Source of the DNA: a virus
IMG/VR virus record: IMGVR_UViG_3300049830_000285
Location: 32,001 to 96,000 of that record
Reading direction: 5' to 3' (one strand)
DNA: 64,000 bases
Numbering within the stretch: the stretch's first letter is position 1; every line of letters starts with the position of its first letter. The position numbers and the translations under genes are program-made. This document shows, piece by piece, positions 36,516-46,783 of the stretch. The notes under the pieces are model-generated. The model was not told where the DNA came from. It saw only the letters and a list, made by a program, of their open reading frames with translations, and did no database searches.

Positions 36516-38461
36516 TCAGTGTCTCCCAAATACGGCTGAATGAAATACAGGTCATCAATGTTATTTTCGGTTATTTGCTCTAGCTGAAGTCCAGCCGAAT
36601 TGAGTCTGCGATTTAATCCCGTAATATTACAAACCGGGAATTTGCTATCTGTTATGTAAAATTTTCCCTTTGGTGATAGCAGATTATAGGCTAATAATAT
36701 TTGAGAACTAACTGTGCGAAGACTATTATGAGTGCCACAGAAAATCAAATCAAATTTATCATCTGATTCTTGTTGGTTTTTTAAGTAAACCAAAATATCT
36801 TCATTAACTTTGATAATACTTTTCTGCTCATCTTCTGAAAGTGCAGAAATAATTTGGTCATATTCAACTGGGGGATTCATTTCAACAGATGTGATTACTC
36901 CATTAACACCCGAACATGCAGATGCTAAGCAAGCGGTCATTAATCCAGCTCTGGCATTAATTTCTAATATCTTTGGCTTATGTTTTTTTTCAATAATATC
37001 ACATAAATATTTGTAGATATAGACATGTTTTTGAATACTATCTATGTCAGAATACATAACTCTGAGTTGAGGCTGCGCTCTAATAGTTTTTGCGAAAGAT
37101 TGTAACAAGTATGTGATGTTTGAAAATGTGTCTAGGTTTTTAACACCAAATTGACAGTCGGGTGTGTGTGAAAATTTGTTTTCGAATTGTGCATATTTCT
37201 CCTTTCCGGGTAATCCGTTAAAATGTAATACATTTATCAAATGTTTGTCATGGAAAGCAACAATGAAATTATCATGTATTTGAATTTCTGGAGTGACGTG
37301 ACACATTTGAAAATTGAATAAGTGGCTTATTTCTGTGTAAAGACCTGTTTTAGCTAATGCTAAATTGAAAATCGCTTGTTCTCTCCATTTAATTGACGGA
37401 TTTTTCACATCCCACACTGAGCTTCTGGGCATATAAGAGCGCATGGTGCTATCTAACGACAGCCATGCTTTTCTACCGCCTGCAATTACGCCTCCATTAA
37501 CAATGAATGTATTTTCCCCTTCGTATCCTACTCGCAAAAACATGTCATCTCCCTCAGCTCCTTTATAGGGGAATATATCTGTTGATATCAAATGTCTTAA
37601 TGTAAAATTTGAAGGAATCAAATTTTCTTCTCTGCTGACTAAAATATTTCTTTCATCTGTGGTTTTCAATGTGTCAAATATCGGAGCAAGGCTTTTTAGG
37701 ATAATCATATCAGCATCAAGCATCAAATAATAATCTGCGTTAATAAAACTAGCAACGCTATAAACTAATGATTTCAATAGAAGAGTTTGCGTATTTTCTA
37801 CGGTAATAGAAAACATAGTAGCATTGTATTTCTTTGCCAATTTTTTGCATTTATCATCTGGATTCATTACAAAGAAAAATAATGATGCGTCTTGGCATTC
37901 ACCGTTGACAAATAGGGAACCCAACATATTATCTAACATATTAACGTAATTTGGAGTTAGAGTAGTGAATATACATTTTTCACATACGGGAAGTTTATCT
38001 GGTACTCGTCCATATGCTCGACCTAGTACGCTTGGAAACAAAACATGCTTCTCCTTGTGAACGGCTGGTTGAATCCAAACTGGGTGACATCCGATTGGGC
38101 TTTTTGTTTCCACGACAAGTTTAATCTTTTGCGCTCCGTTGAGATTCGCAAAAATTTCTCTTGGCTCGTCGCCACCCGCCACGTTACACGCAGCAGCAAC
38201 AAGAACATCATCTGCATACACTAGAAAATCACAGTAAGCACCAGGGAACGAAGAGTCGTTAAATCCTATTTGAGTAGTAAAGTATTCATAATCACCATTA
38301 ATATCATAAACCACTTGTCCATGGGGATGAAAAGATAATGCGTTGGTAAAATATCTTCCTCGCACTGACACCAATAAATCTTCATATCCCATCTTTCCGC
38401 CTATACCAAGTTCGCCGTACACGCACTCAAATAAAACTGGGTTAAGGTCACACAGGAGCAT
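36512..38461 (-). CDS. NPCBM/NEW2 + GT8-like glycosyltransferase + SAM methyltransferase fusion
   Basis: HPHGQVVYDING..F...IGFND..KIKLVV (NPCBM). LMLDADM, NGGVI, EQAIFN, LHFNG (GT8). ILEINARAG, FDLIF, LLSPKG (class I methyltransferase). Confidence 0.75.
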   Translation of the reverse strand: MLLCDLNPVLFECVYGELGIGGKMGYEDLLVSVRGRYFTNALSFHPHGQVVYDINGDYEYFTTQIGFNDSSFPGAYCDFLVYADDVLVAAACNVAGGDEPREIFANLNGAQKIKLVVETKSPIGCHPVWIQPAVHKEKHVLFPSVLGRAYGRVPDKLPVCEKCIFTTLTPNYVNMLDNMLGSLFVNGECQDASLFFFVMNPDDKCKKLAKKYNATMFSITVENTQTLLLKSLVYSVASFINADYYLMLDADMIILKSLAPIFDTLKTTDERNILVSREENLIPSNFTLRHLISTDIFPYKGAEGDDMFLRVGYEGENTFIVNGGVIAGGRKAWLSLDSTMRSYMPRSSVWDVKNPSIKWREQAIFNLALAKTGLYTEISHLFNFQMCHVTPEIQIHDNFIVAFHDKHLINVLHFNGLPGKEKYAQFENKFSHTPDCQFGVKNLDTFSNITYLLQSFAKTIRAQPQLRVMYSDIDSIQKHVYIYKYLCDIIEKKHKPKILEINARAGLMTACLASACSGVNGVITSVEMNPPVEYDQIISALSEDEQKSIIKVNEDILVYLKNQQESDDKFDLIFCGTHNSLRTVSSQILLAYNLLSPKGKFYITDSKFPVCNITGLNRRLNSAGLQLEQITENNIDDLYFIQPYLGDTE

Positions 38462-39975
38462 TATTTTACCAACCAGGAATCAACAAGTTGTTTAGTCGAT
38501 TCAGAATAATAGTGATATGATTGAAACTTGTACAAATCCAACGACTCAATATATAGCGTCTGCCTATCAACACCGTCACCGTATACATCCCCAAAATATA
38601 CAAAATTGATATTATCGGAGATATCAAAGTAAGCTGAATCGGTCATCCTAGAATACATTTTTTCGCTTAATATTGCTTGCATTTTATTGCAATTTTTAAG
38701 TTGCAAAATATAAGGTCTCATTTCTTGGATTGCTTTTTTGGAGAATAATCCCATGTTAAGCCATCCTTCTTTAAACACGGATACGTAATTGGCTTTATGA
38801 CCAAATGCTGCAATTTTGGTCATAAAATTTTGACCAACTTTTGCCGTATCGTGCATTACGAACCATCTATCTCCCCCAAATCCCTTTTCAGCAATATCAA
38901 TTAATGCATTGTGGTCATAAGAGTTGTGTTGCACGTAGCTATAAAGAATGCCATTTTTGCGCTCTAAATATTCTTTTGGCGAACCGCCAACAACAACTAG
39001 TATTCTTTCTTTTTGAACTGCGGCTTCTTCTAGGCTTTTCAGCAATACGGGAAGTGTTTTTTGAACAGTAGAAACGTGTGATGAAATGGCTATATTTATT
39101 TCATCGTTATCCGAAATAAATAGACTACCAAGGGGAAATCCCATATCAAAATTGCTCACATCATCGTCACAATTATATTGTTTGTGATGTGATTCTATTT
39201 TACTATTTAGTGCTTGATAGCGGCTGAGTATAGCTGTTTTTTCTAGATAATCTAAGTATTTATCATCGGAAAACCATGAACATATAGAATTGCCGCATAT
39301 AGCGGAAAACACCGAGTCCATTTCTTTAAAATGATTTGCAAACGTGTCGCCGCGAGAAGCAAAAGCATATTTGTGCTTGGTTTCTTTCGAGGTGGGAATA
39401 TAGTATTCAAATTTCATATTTTCCACTCCCTTGGATTCAGCTTCATCAAGAAAACTTTCGTGAATTTGTTTTCTAAACTCCGGTTTTGCATCTTTTATCG
39501 TAAAGGTGTCGAAATATTCAGTATCCCATCGCCAAAGCAGATATGGCTTCAAATGATTGGTTACTTGATAAATATATGTAGTTCTGTCTGTATTAACAAC
39601 AGCGGGACAAATCAATTCATATTCTGGGTTGTTAATTACAAATTCTGATAAAGTTTCTATACATTTATTGTCAATGAAGCATATTTTATCTGCGAAATAT
39701 AAGCATAAATCTTGATTGGTGTGTTTTGTTTTTCTCAGAAAATCAGTAACAGATTGGTTGAAACTTTTATTTACGTTTAGCTGAGATATTGTGATTTTGT
39801 CACCATATTCTATAGCAACAGTTTGTAGGTAGCCCTTAGTATACGTGTCATCATGCCGCATAAGTAAGATAAGAGAATCTACACTCTTTTGAGCCAATAT
39901 TTGTGGAATGACTATTTTGGCATATTTGTGGTTGGATATAGCCAAATAAACAACTATTTTACAATCTCTTACCAT
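38461..39975 (-). CDS. Two-domain glycosyltransferase-like protein (GT-A)
   Basis: YFADKICFID and WFVMHDT are DxD-like motifs in two tandem nucleotide-sugar-type folds. Start set at ATG 39975. Confidence 0.55.
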   Translation of the reverse strand: MVRDCKIVVYLAISNHKYAKIVIPQILAQKSVDSLILLMRHDDTYTKGYLQTVAIEYGDKITISQLNVNKSFNQSVTDFLRKTKHTNQDLCLYFADKICFIDNKCIETLSEFVINNPEYELICPAVVNTDRTTYIYQVTNHLKPYLLWRWDTEYFDTFTIKDAKPEFRKQIHESFLDEAESKGVENMKFEYYIPTSKETKHKYAFASRGDTFANHFKEMDSVFSAICGNSICSWFSDDKYLDYLEKTAILSRYQALNSKIESHHKQYNCDDDVSNFDMGFPLGSLFISDNDEINIAISSHVSTVQKTLPVLLKSLEEAAVQKERILVVVGGSPKEYLERKNGILYSYVQHNSYDHNALIDIAEKGFGGDRWFVMHDTAKVGQNFMTKIAAFGHKANYVSVFKEGWLNMGLFSKKAIQEMRPYILQLKNCNKMQAILSEKMYSRMTDSAYFDISDNINFVYFGDVYGDGVDRQTLYIESLDLYKFQSYHYYSESTKQLVDSWLVK

Positions 39976-39990
39976 ATGCAATGTTATACA

Positions 39991-41052
39991 TTAAACACCG
40001 CCTTTCCAAAGCTGCCTAAAGAATCTAGAGCGCCCGCCCGGAAGCATATGTGTTTGTGTAACAATGGTACGAATCTTGGGATAAGAAGAAATTGGAAGCG
40101 TTTTAAGTGCCATTTTCCACCATTCTTCATAAGACTTCATAGTTTCTCTAATGTCTTTAATGGCATCATATGCGTCCCTGTCAGGGTCTTGCACGAGCAA
40201 CCGCCATTCTCGGTCATTTAAGTTGGCTAAAAGCTGTCTGTAGAGCCAGAATGCAGCGCCTTGAACAACACCTTGCTCCCACCAAAATGGCATTTGTCCA
40301 ACGCTACTAATTTTTGGTGCCCCTGGCTGTGAGCTGATTGCTTGCAGGGCGTAAATTGTTGCAGCATTAATTTCATAGTTGGTGAACATTTTAACGGGGT
40401 ATGTTGCATATACTGTATCATAGTCATGAATCGTGTATGGAGAGCCATCTGAGCTTCTGAAAAAATGCACGCGACCCTGATAATCAAGTCTGTACAACAA
40501 GCCATCAGCATAGTTATCTGTACCTCCACTAATGGTTTTGAAAATAGGTGTGTTTTCACTTAATACAATAACGGGACTTCTGTCACCATCATTTGAAGCG
40601 CCAGAAATATGGATTTGCGGTCTTGGAAAGTAATTCCAGTTATTGTATGCGAATTTACACCAACTTCTGTCAGTTCCTTCAAAAACACCTTGCTCTCGAT
40701 ACACCATTTTTCTGGTAAATTGTCGAACTTCATACAGAATACTGGAAATGATTAAATATTCGTCACCAGAAAAAGGCTGAGTTGTGGCAACTACATTATT
40801 GCTAGCATTAATTTCTTGAATCTTATAGTAAGTGCTCGGGTTGCCTTTTTTATCTACATATTCATCCATTGGAAAATCAACAGTGCCAATAAGTGAATAG
40901 TTACCATCTAAGTGTGTAGAACTTAAAATATTGTATTTGATAATGCCACTGGTATTGATTCTATCCCATCGTACTAAAATCCCCGGTAGAGCCATACTTT
41001 GAAAATATGACTCTGCTACATCTTGATTTGCGCCTAATGGTGTATCTGCCAT
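39991..41052 (-). CDS. Putative neck/head-completion protein with FN3-like N-terminus
   Basis: ILVRW..YNI..EYVD..YYKI N-terminal module and helical C-terminus. Function is positional inference. Confidence 0.45.
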   Translation of the reverse strand: MADTPLGANQDVAESYFQSMALPGILVRWDRINTSGIIKYNILSSTHLDGNYSLIGTVDFPMDEYVDKKGNPSTYYKIQEINASNNVVATTQPFSGDEYLIISSILYEVRQFTRKMVYREQGVFEGTDRSWCKFAYNNWNYFPRPQIHISGASNDGDRSPVIVLSENTPIFKTISGGTDNYADGLLYRLDYQGRVHFFRSSDGSPYTIHDYDTVYATYPVKMFTNYEINAATIYALQAISSQPGAPKISSVGQMPFWWEQGVVQGAAFWLYRQLLANLNDREWRLLVQDPDRDAYDAIKDIRETMKSYEEWWKMALKTLPISSYPKIRTIVTQTHMLPGGRSRFFRQLWKGGV

Positions 41053-41061
41053 GTTGTTAAA

Positions 41062-41096
41062 TTCGAAAGGCGATAGGGTTTTACCTATCGCCTTTC
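41062..41096 (-). terminator. 13-bp hairpin with embedded AGG-N18-NGAA motif
   Basis: GAAAGGCGATAGG-GTTTTA-CCTATCGCCTTTC (41065-96). Minus strand AGG 41086-84, CGAA 41065-62, ATG 41052. Confidence 0.65.
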
Positions 41097-41116
41097 ATAA
41101 AACACTTGATTACTTA

Positions 41117-42154
41117 TTAACCAAGTCGTCGCACGCCGCCGCTTGAATCATCAAAATCGCTTGCTAAATCAATCTCTTCTGCGTAGCCTTCGTCATCCTC
41201 AAGATTGTCTAAGTCAACAAAATCGGGAATTGGAGCGCCGTGTGGCATTGCATTTGGATTAAAAGGGTCAATGTACCCCTGGTCATTTTGCAAACTTCCC
41301 AAACCCATAGCAGAACTTCCAGCAAGTCGTTGGTCTCTGTTATAGTTGGTCATATTCACCTGGTTTACATTTGTGCCGTATTGACCGTCATTTCCAGGAG
41401 AAATGACTGTTGCTCGTCCGCGCCCAGTTGCACCAGAAATAACACCGTCATCAAACATATCTTCTCGATTAAGCAATCTAGCAACCAATGATGGCTGCTT
41501 TCGAACCATACCAGCAAAGGTGTGAGCGTCAAGAGTAACACCACGGTCTTCATATTGCATACGTGCTTCTGAAAATGCGGTGGCGTAAGACATTGGGTCA
41601 TTCGCATGTCCCGCAGTGCTTACTTGGTCTTGTGCTGCTCGTCCACCGTCAGCTTTGTTTAAGTTCAAAACTTCAGCTTCAAGAATTCGACCATCGGCAT
41701 TTACTGTTCGTGTGCGTCGATTACTAATTCGAGATGTTTCAGCACGAGCTTCAGCAGCTTTAATGTGCATGATTCTATCCCAACTATCTTGAGAAATTCG
41801 GATAAGGTGGCCTAAGCTAATAGCTCTTCGCAAATCCTGACTTCGTTTAACGATAGCCGGGTCTTCCCATGTAAGGTCTCGGACTTCCAATCCGCCAAAT
41901 TCCATTCCAATATCTGAAATATAAAGTGGGCCTTCGAATGTATTCTGAACAATAAATGTTTCAGTTACAGGCTGTTGTGGTGGAGCCACTTGCTGTTGCT
42001 GAGGGGCTACCCAAGCTTGCTGTGGTGGGGAAGTTTGAACAACTTCTTGTCGAATCGCCGCCGCACGAGTCTGCTTAACTGGTGTTTTAGCAGGGACTTT
42101 TGGACTTGCGGTTTTCTTAACCGCTGTTTTTGCAGGTTTCTTAATTTCACTCAT
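41117..42154 (-). CDS. Hypothetical virion-associated protein
   Basis: 345 aa, Lys/Ala-rich N-terminus, acidic C-terminus, SD AGGAG. Confidence 0.65.
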   Translation of the reverse strand: MSEIKKPAKTAVKKTASPKVPAKTPVKQTRAAAIRQEVVQTSPPQQAWVAPQQQQVAPPQQPVTETFIVQNTFEGPLYISDIGMEFGGLEVRDLTWEDPAIVKRSQDLRRAISLGHLIRISQDSWDRIMHIKAAEARAETSRISNRRTRTVNADGRILEAEVLNLNKADGGRAAQDQVSTAGHANDPMSYATAFSEARMQYEDRGVTLDAHTFAGMVRKQPSLVARLLNREDMFDDGVISGATGRGRATVISPGNDGQYGTNVNQVNMTNYNRDQRLAGSSAMGLGSLQNDQGYIDPFNPNAMPHGAPIPDFVDLDNLEDDEGYAEEIDLASDFDDSSGGVRRLG

Positions 42155-42199
42155 TGTATCTGTCTCCTTTGTTTTTTTTCCGAGGTCAGAATTTTATTC

Positions 42200-42224
42200 T
42201 TCTGTATCATTCGGGTTTTGACCT
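42200..42224 (-). promoter_or_regulatory. AGG-N18-NGAA motif
   Basis: Minus strand AGG 42224-22, AGAA 42203-200, ATG 42154. Confidence 0.6.
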
Positions 42225-42563
42225 TTTATTTTTTTCTGGGGCATCAATTACGCCATCAGAAATTTCAGAGCCAACCCACAATTCATTTGATTTTGCCTCT
42301 CTTGAAGTTGGGTCGTAATTCCGCTTTCTTTTTTCTCTTGCGTCTTTCATGTGTTTGCCGTGCTCAATAGTTTTTAGAGACGCACCTGATTTTTTTTGTG
42401 CAAGAGTTCTTCCTTGATGAATTGAAACGGTTGTAAAGACTCTTTTAGCCGCACTCGAACAATCTGGGCAAATTTGCTCAGGACTATAATCGGTTGCAGA
42501 CACCTGGATGTCAAAATTGCTTCCACACTCTTCGTTTGAGCATTGAAATTTATATTTCGGCAT
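42207..42563 (-). CDS. FmdB-family zinc ribbon protein
   Basis: MPKYKFQC...CG..F......CPDC.....RV. Start set at ATG 42563. Confidence 0.75.
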   Translation of the reverse strand: MPKYKFQCSNEECGSNFDIQVSATDYSPEQICPDCSSAAKRVFTTVSIHQGRTLAQKKSGASLKTIEHGKHMKDAREKRKRNYDPTSREAKSNELWVGSEISDGVIDAPEKNKRSKPE

Positions 42564-42616
42564 GGTAACTGAGTTTATACACCGAACATTGTATAAGAGT
42601 GTAGAAGGAGACAAAA

Positions 42617-42805
42617 ATGTCTGAAAACTTTTTAAATAACGTCGTGATGTATTGTGTTAAATGCCGAAGCAAGGTAAATGTTAACAACCCTCAGCAATTA
42701 ACGCTCAAGTCCAAAAGCAAGAAAAATAGTAGCCGAAAGGCATTGAAGGGTGTGTGCCCACACTGTGGTACTTCTACATACAAGTTTATTCCAAAGGATT
42801 CTTAA
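42617..42805 (+). CDS. Small Zn-ribbon protein (DUF5679-like)
   Basis: YCVKCR......KGVCPHCGT..YKF, SD AAGGAG. Confidence 0.7.
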   Translation: MSENFLNNVVMYCVKCRSKVNVNNPQQLTLKSKSKKNSSRKALKGVCPHCGTSTYKFIPKDS

Positions 42806-43149
42806 ACTTGATTTTGTAGTTGATTGTAAACTAACGCGCTAATACATACCACGAGAGTCACTGCGATGGTGAATAGCCATCCAAAAATGACTCCATTAAG
42901 GTAGATAATTGCTAATATGAGCAAAATGTTGATGGCAGTTACAATATAATCAGTGATAGTTGTGGCTCTAAGTTTTGGCATGAAAAATGACAAGATAAAC
43001 ACACATGTGCTATAAGCCACAACTCTCAAAAGAAGCAGAGTTATTAATATTGTCATTGGTAAAACTAACCACATGCTCATATACAGGTTCAATAGATTCA
43101 TATGAGGAAATTTCAATAGTAGGATTGAATAACAAAATTTGAGAAACAA
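42802..43149 (-). CDS. Small membrane protein with about 3 TM segments
   Basis: Hydrophobic stretches throughout. Start uncertain. A holin role is possible but unproven. Confidence 0.55.
   Translation of the reverse strand: MFLKFCYSILLLKFPHMNLLNLYMSMWLVLPMTILITLLLLRVVAYSTCVFILSFFMPKLRATTITDYIVTAINILLILAIIYLNGVIFGWLFTIAVTLVVCISALVYNQLQNQV
43121..43145 (+). promoter_or_regulatory. AGG-N18-NGAA motif
   Basis: AGG 43121-23, AGAA 43142-45, ATG 43165. Confidence 0.6.
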
Positions 43150-43164
43150 TCAATAGCGTGCGCC

Positions 43165-44571
43165 ATGAGTGAACAGGAAAATTCAGAAGATTTAAGAATT
43201 CCAGATATTTTGCTGGATATACAGGGGATGAGAACATCTTCCAGGGAAGTTGATGCCGCGACTATCGTTGAAGCTCAGCGTATTTTGGAAGCCAATCGAA
43301 ATATTGAAGCTGGTATTGCTGATATTTTAACAAATCTTATTAAAAACAGAAGAGTCACACCGGAAGAAGTTTCTGGAATTTTGAATAAAATCAAAAGCAT
43401 TAAAGCTCCAGCATTACCATCAACATTACCAGCGGGCACTATTAATCCAGCGCAAGCACAACATGATGCTATGATTGATTTTCTAGAGCAACTTAATAAC
43501 AATACTCAGAACAAATTTCTTCACTCACCTTTTCACAAGGGAATGAATCCAAATTGGAAGCAGTTGGGCGAAGTTGCCGACCAAGCCAAAGCTGGTGCTC
43601 CAGGTTCTTTTGAGGCAATGCAACAAGCGATGGGCACCACCGCAAATGGTGTTGAAAATGCTTTGAAAAAGTATTGGAGAGTTGCAAAATGGTTCACACC
43701 TGTCGATGAGGCTATGCTGAATAAGCAAATGATTGGTGTTTACAAGCTCGGAGACCACGGACAGCAAATACAAATCACCTATAAACAGTTCTTTGAAGGC
43801 GCTGGTTCTATGAACTACACCCCTGGAATGGAAACAACAGGAAACATAGTGATGAGTAGCCCCGATGCAGTGAAAATTTCATTATCAAAATTGGCAACTA
43901 CTATTGGTGGTAGCGCGACTTTAAGAGGTTTAGCGCAAACTACAGCCACCGCCGCAGCTACTGTAGCTGCGATTCCAATGGCTGCTGGCGTGGCTGGTAC
44001 ACTTTGGGGATTTGGTCAAGGCATGAAAAATGCACCTGGACAGGTTGATTATGACAAAGCGCTTCCTGGTAATTCGGCATTAACTGTTGACCCATCTATG
44101 AATAATAATCCAGCATCAGTTGGCGCTCCGAAAACAAGTCCGTTGGGTGGAACAACTAATGGAAATAATATTGGCGGATTGGGTGGACAATATAGTCCAA
44201 AACCGAACATTGGTTGGACTCCCACAAAGCCAAATTTGCCATCTAATCCCAACGATTGGTTGCCAACCTCACCAACTGATTACTACAATCTTGTTGACCG
44301 CAAAAGTGATAGCGAGAATGAAAATATTCGTTTATCACAAATGGCTTCAACACCAGTTGATGATGTTGATACGGTTGTAAACAATTTGTTGACTATATTG
44401 GAGCAAGGGGCACCAGGCGAAGCTACTTTACAGCAAGCTCTAAACTATTTGTCTCATGAAGATTCAAAGGCACAACCTTTGATTCATCAATTTCAAATGC
44501 AACAAAATGCACAGCTATCACAAGCTCCTACAAACAACCAGGAAATACCAGACCAATTGCCAAAGAGATAA
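43165..44571 (+). CDS. Putative internal virion / ejection protein
   Basis: 468 aa, Ala/Gly hydrophobic segment (AAATVAAIPMAAGVAGTLWG), first gene behind the late-type motif. Confidence 0.45.
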   Translation: MSEQENSEDLRIPDILLDIQGMRTSSREVDAATIVEAQRILEANRNIEAGIADILTNLIKNRRVTPEEVSGILNKIKSIKAPALPSTLPAGTINPAQAQHDAMIDFLEQLNNNTQNKFLHSPFHKGMNPNWKQLGEVADQAKAGAPGSFEAMQQAMGTTANGVENALKKYWRVAKWFTPVDEAMLNKQMIGVYKLGDHGQQIQITYKQFFEGAGSMNYTPGMETTGNIVMSSPDAVKISLSKLATTIGGSATLRGLAQTTATAAATVAAIPMAAGVAGTLWGFGQGMKNAPGQVDYDKALPGNSALTVDPSMNNNPASVGAPKTSPLGGTTNGNNIGGLGGQYSPKPNIGWTPTKPNLPSNPNDWLPTSPTDYYNLVDRKSDSENENIRLSQMASTPVDDVDTVVNNLLTILEQGAPGEATLQQALNYLSHEDSKAQPLIHQFQMQQNAQLSQAPTNNQEIPDQLPKR

Positions 44572-44573
44572 AT

Positions 44574-46769
44574 ATGTCAACTCGCCTAAAAAAAACCATT
44601 GTGGCGCAAATTCCGCCAGAAGTTATTCCAGCTATAGGCGAGGCAGTGGCCGAAGCTGGTCAATTTGCGAAGGGTGTTGTCAATAAAGCAGAAGAAGTCG
44701 GTGGGGAAAATCATAAGGGTGATAAAACAGAACAAGGTGCTGATTACTTAAATGATTTAAACTCGGCGCAGCAAGCTGTTAGAGAACAATTTGCGGGTTT
44801 TGGATTAGATAGTGCTACTGTAGACTTATATACTAAAAAGTTAATGACACTAGGAATGCCTAGTTTTATGACTGCTGCAAAATTTTTACAAGACGTGTCA
44901 GTAATAGCAAACACAGCATCCACTACTATTCAAGAAGTTTTTCCTGTAGCTGAAGCTATTTATCAACGAAATATTCATAGTCCAGAAAGAGCATTAGCTA
45001 TTTTGCGCGTCATTGCTAAATATGAAGCAAAAGCTCCTGGTATGGGTTTATTTAATATGGCTCAAGCTGCTGCCACTGGAAAATACAATCCACAAGCACT
45101 CGGCGTCATTCGATACAGTCTAATGGGCGCTCCCGGAAGCAAGGGAAATATGAATGAAAGTCGAGATTTGCAGCAGGCATTTGATGGAATTAATGCTCCT
45201 AACTCTGAACTCGGCACAGAGTTGAATGAAACAAATCTTGCTCATCAAAGAATGCAAGCCACTCAAGAAGCGTTGCTAATTCAATTGAAACGAATCAACT
45301 TGGAAATGGAAAAGAAACGCGACCAAAAATTAACCGAGATTTTCAATACCATGAGTCAACAGTTACCTTCATGGGTTAAGAATAATACGTTGTTTCTTAG
45401 GTCGATTATGGAAGGTTTGAAAGGTGTTACCATGTTTAACATGATTAAAAACACTGCCATACAGGGAATGGGAATCAATGGAAAATCTGGACTTGGTGTG
45501 CCTCAGGGCAGCACTGCTCCGCCTATGGGATTTATTAAAGCCTCTTCCGAAAGAATCTTGAAAACAGCGCAAGTAGCTGGTTCTGCGCCAGTAGATTTAA
45601 GTGGCGGCGCTGCGCCAAGTGCTTCACCAAGTGGTGCGCCTGTTATGCCTGGTGTTTCCCCAGGAGCCACCACGGTACCAGGCCCTCCGAATCAAGAACA
45701 GTTAGCATATCAAAATATGCAACAAGCAAACAATGGCGTAACAACTGACATTGCACAACAAGGCTATGCGGCAGGTGTTTGGAGCACACAAACTACAAGT
45801 GAAGTTACAAGATTAACGTCTTTAATTGCAAGTTACAAAGCGGCTCTAGATACTAATTTTACCAACTTGACACAAATGGTTGATGCTGGTATTGCGGGAC
45901 ATTCTCAATTCACAAGCGATATGCAAGGTGTAGCACCTTATGCTACACCAGAGCAGATGGAACATTTTGGTCAGATTGCAGATAAAGATGCCACAGCTTT
46001 AATTCAAGCTATCCAGTCGCTTATAACGATTTTTATTCAAACATCAGCGTCAATATCTACTCAGCAAATGGCTTCAAGTGGTGCAGGTATTTTACAATTT
46101 GCTGCAAATATGAGAAATCTGGAAGCCAATTATCGTTCTCAATTGAAAGAAGCACAACAAATTAAAATCAAGATTTTTGATATTTCGGTATTGGGCACAA
46201 TTGACCAACAGGTTAGATTATTGGAGCCAACTTATCAAGAGTTAAAAGCAAATATTGACATGATGAAATCATTCAACAATGTTGGCGCAGATGCGTTTGT
46301 AATGCCATTTGTTCAAGTAACACAACAAATGTCGGCTTTGTATTTTGAAGCATCTAAAAAATATCAACAAGCTTCTGGAAGAATTCAGGCAGAGCCAGCT
46401 ATGGCACAATATTGTCAACAGCGAGCAAAGCAAATGCACGCAGCAGGCACAAAAGCCAGAGCAGAGGGTGTTATTGCTCTTCGAGAATTAATGAAGCAGC
46501 AGGGCGGTCAGGCAGTTGCGTCTACTAATAAAAAGTTCGTTCGTTTAGCCAAGGAAGAAGAAACTCTTGAAAAAGATGAGCCAGAAAACGTCGAAGAAGT
46601 AGAAGGCGCAAAAGAAGTAGAAGCTAAGCCTATGCCAGTTGATGAATATTGGGACAAACTTTATAAAAATGACCCACCATACGGCGATGTAATTGTTCAC
46701 CCAGAACAACATCGCAATCAACCGTCATGGAAAATGAAGCGGAAACATCAGATTAAGCGCCTAAATTAA
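44574..46769 (+). CDS. Helical Ala/Gln-rich virion protein (ejection or tape-measure-like)
   Basis: 731 aa, coiled-coil character, several K/R-x-A motifs. Confidence 0.45.
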   Translation: MSTRLKKTIVAQIPPEVIPAIGEAVAEAGQFAKGVVNKAEEVGGENHKGDKTEQGADYLNDLNSAQQAVREQFAGFGLDSATVDLYTKKLMTLGMPSFMTAAKFLQDVSVIANTASTTIQEVFPVAEAIYQRNIHSPERALAILRVIAKYEAKAPGMGLFNMAQAAATGKYNPQALGVIRYSLMGAPGSKGNMNESRDLQQAFDGINAPNSELGTELNETNLAHQRMQATQEALLIQLKRINLEMEKKRDQKLTEIFNTMSQQLPSWVKNNTLFLRSIMEGLKGVTMFNMIKNTAIQGMGINGKSGLGVPQGSTAPPMGFIKASSERILKTAQVAGSAPVDLSGGAAPSASPSGAPVMPGVSPGATTVPGPPNQEQLAYQNMQQANNGVTTDIAQQGYAAGVWSTQTTSEVTRLTSLIASYKAALDTNFTNLTQMVDAGIAGHSQFTSDMQGVAPYATPEQMEHFGQIADKDATALIQAIQSLITIFIQTSASISTQQMASSGAGILQFAANMRNLEANYRSQLKEAQQIKIKIFDISVLGTIDQQVRLLEPTYQELKANIDMMKSFNNVGADAFVMPFVQVTQQMSALYFEASKKYQQASGRIQAEPAMAQYCQQRAKQMHAAGTKARAEGVIALRELMKQQGGQAVASTNKKFVRLAKEEETLEKDEPENVEEVEGAKEVEAKPMPVDEYWDKLYKNDPPYGDVIVHPEQHRNQPSWKMKRKHQIKRLN

Positions 46770-46783
46770 CTTGTATAAGTTAG

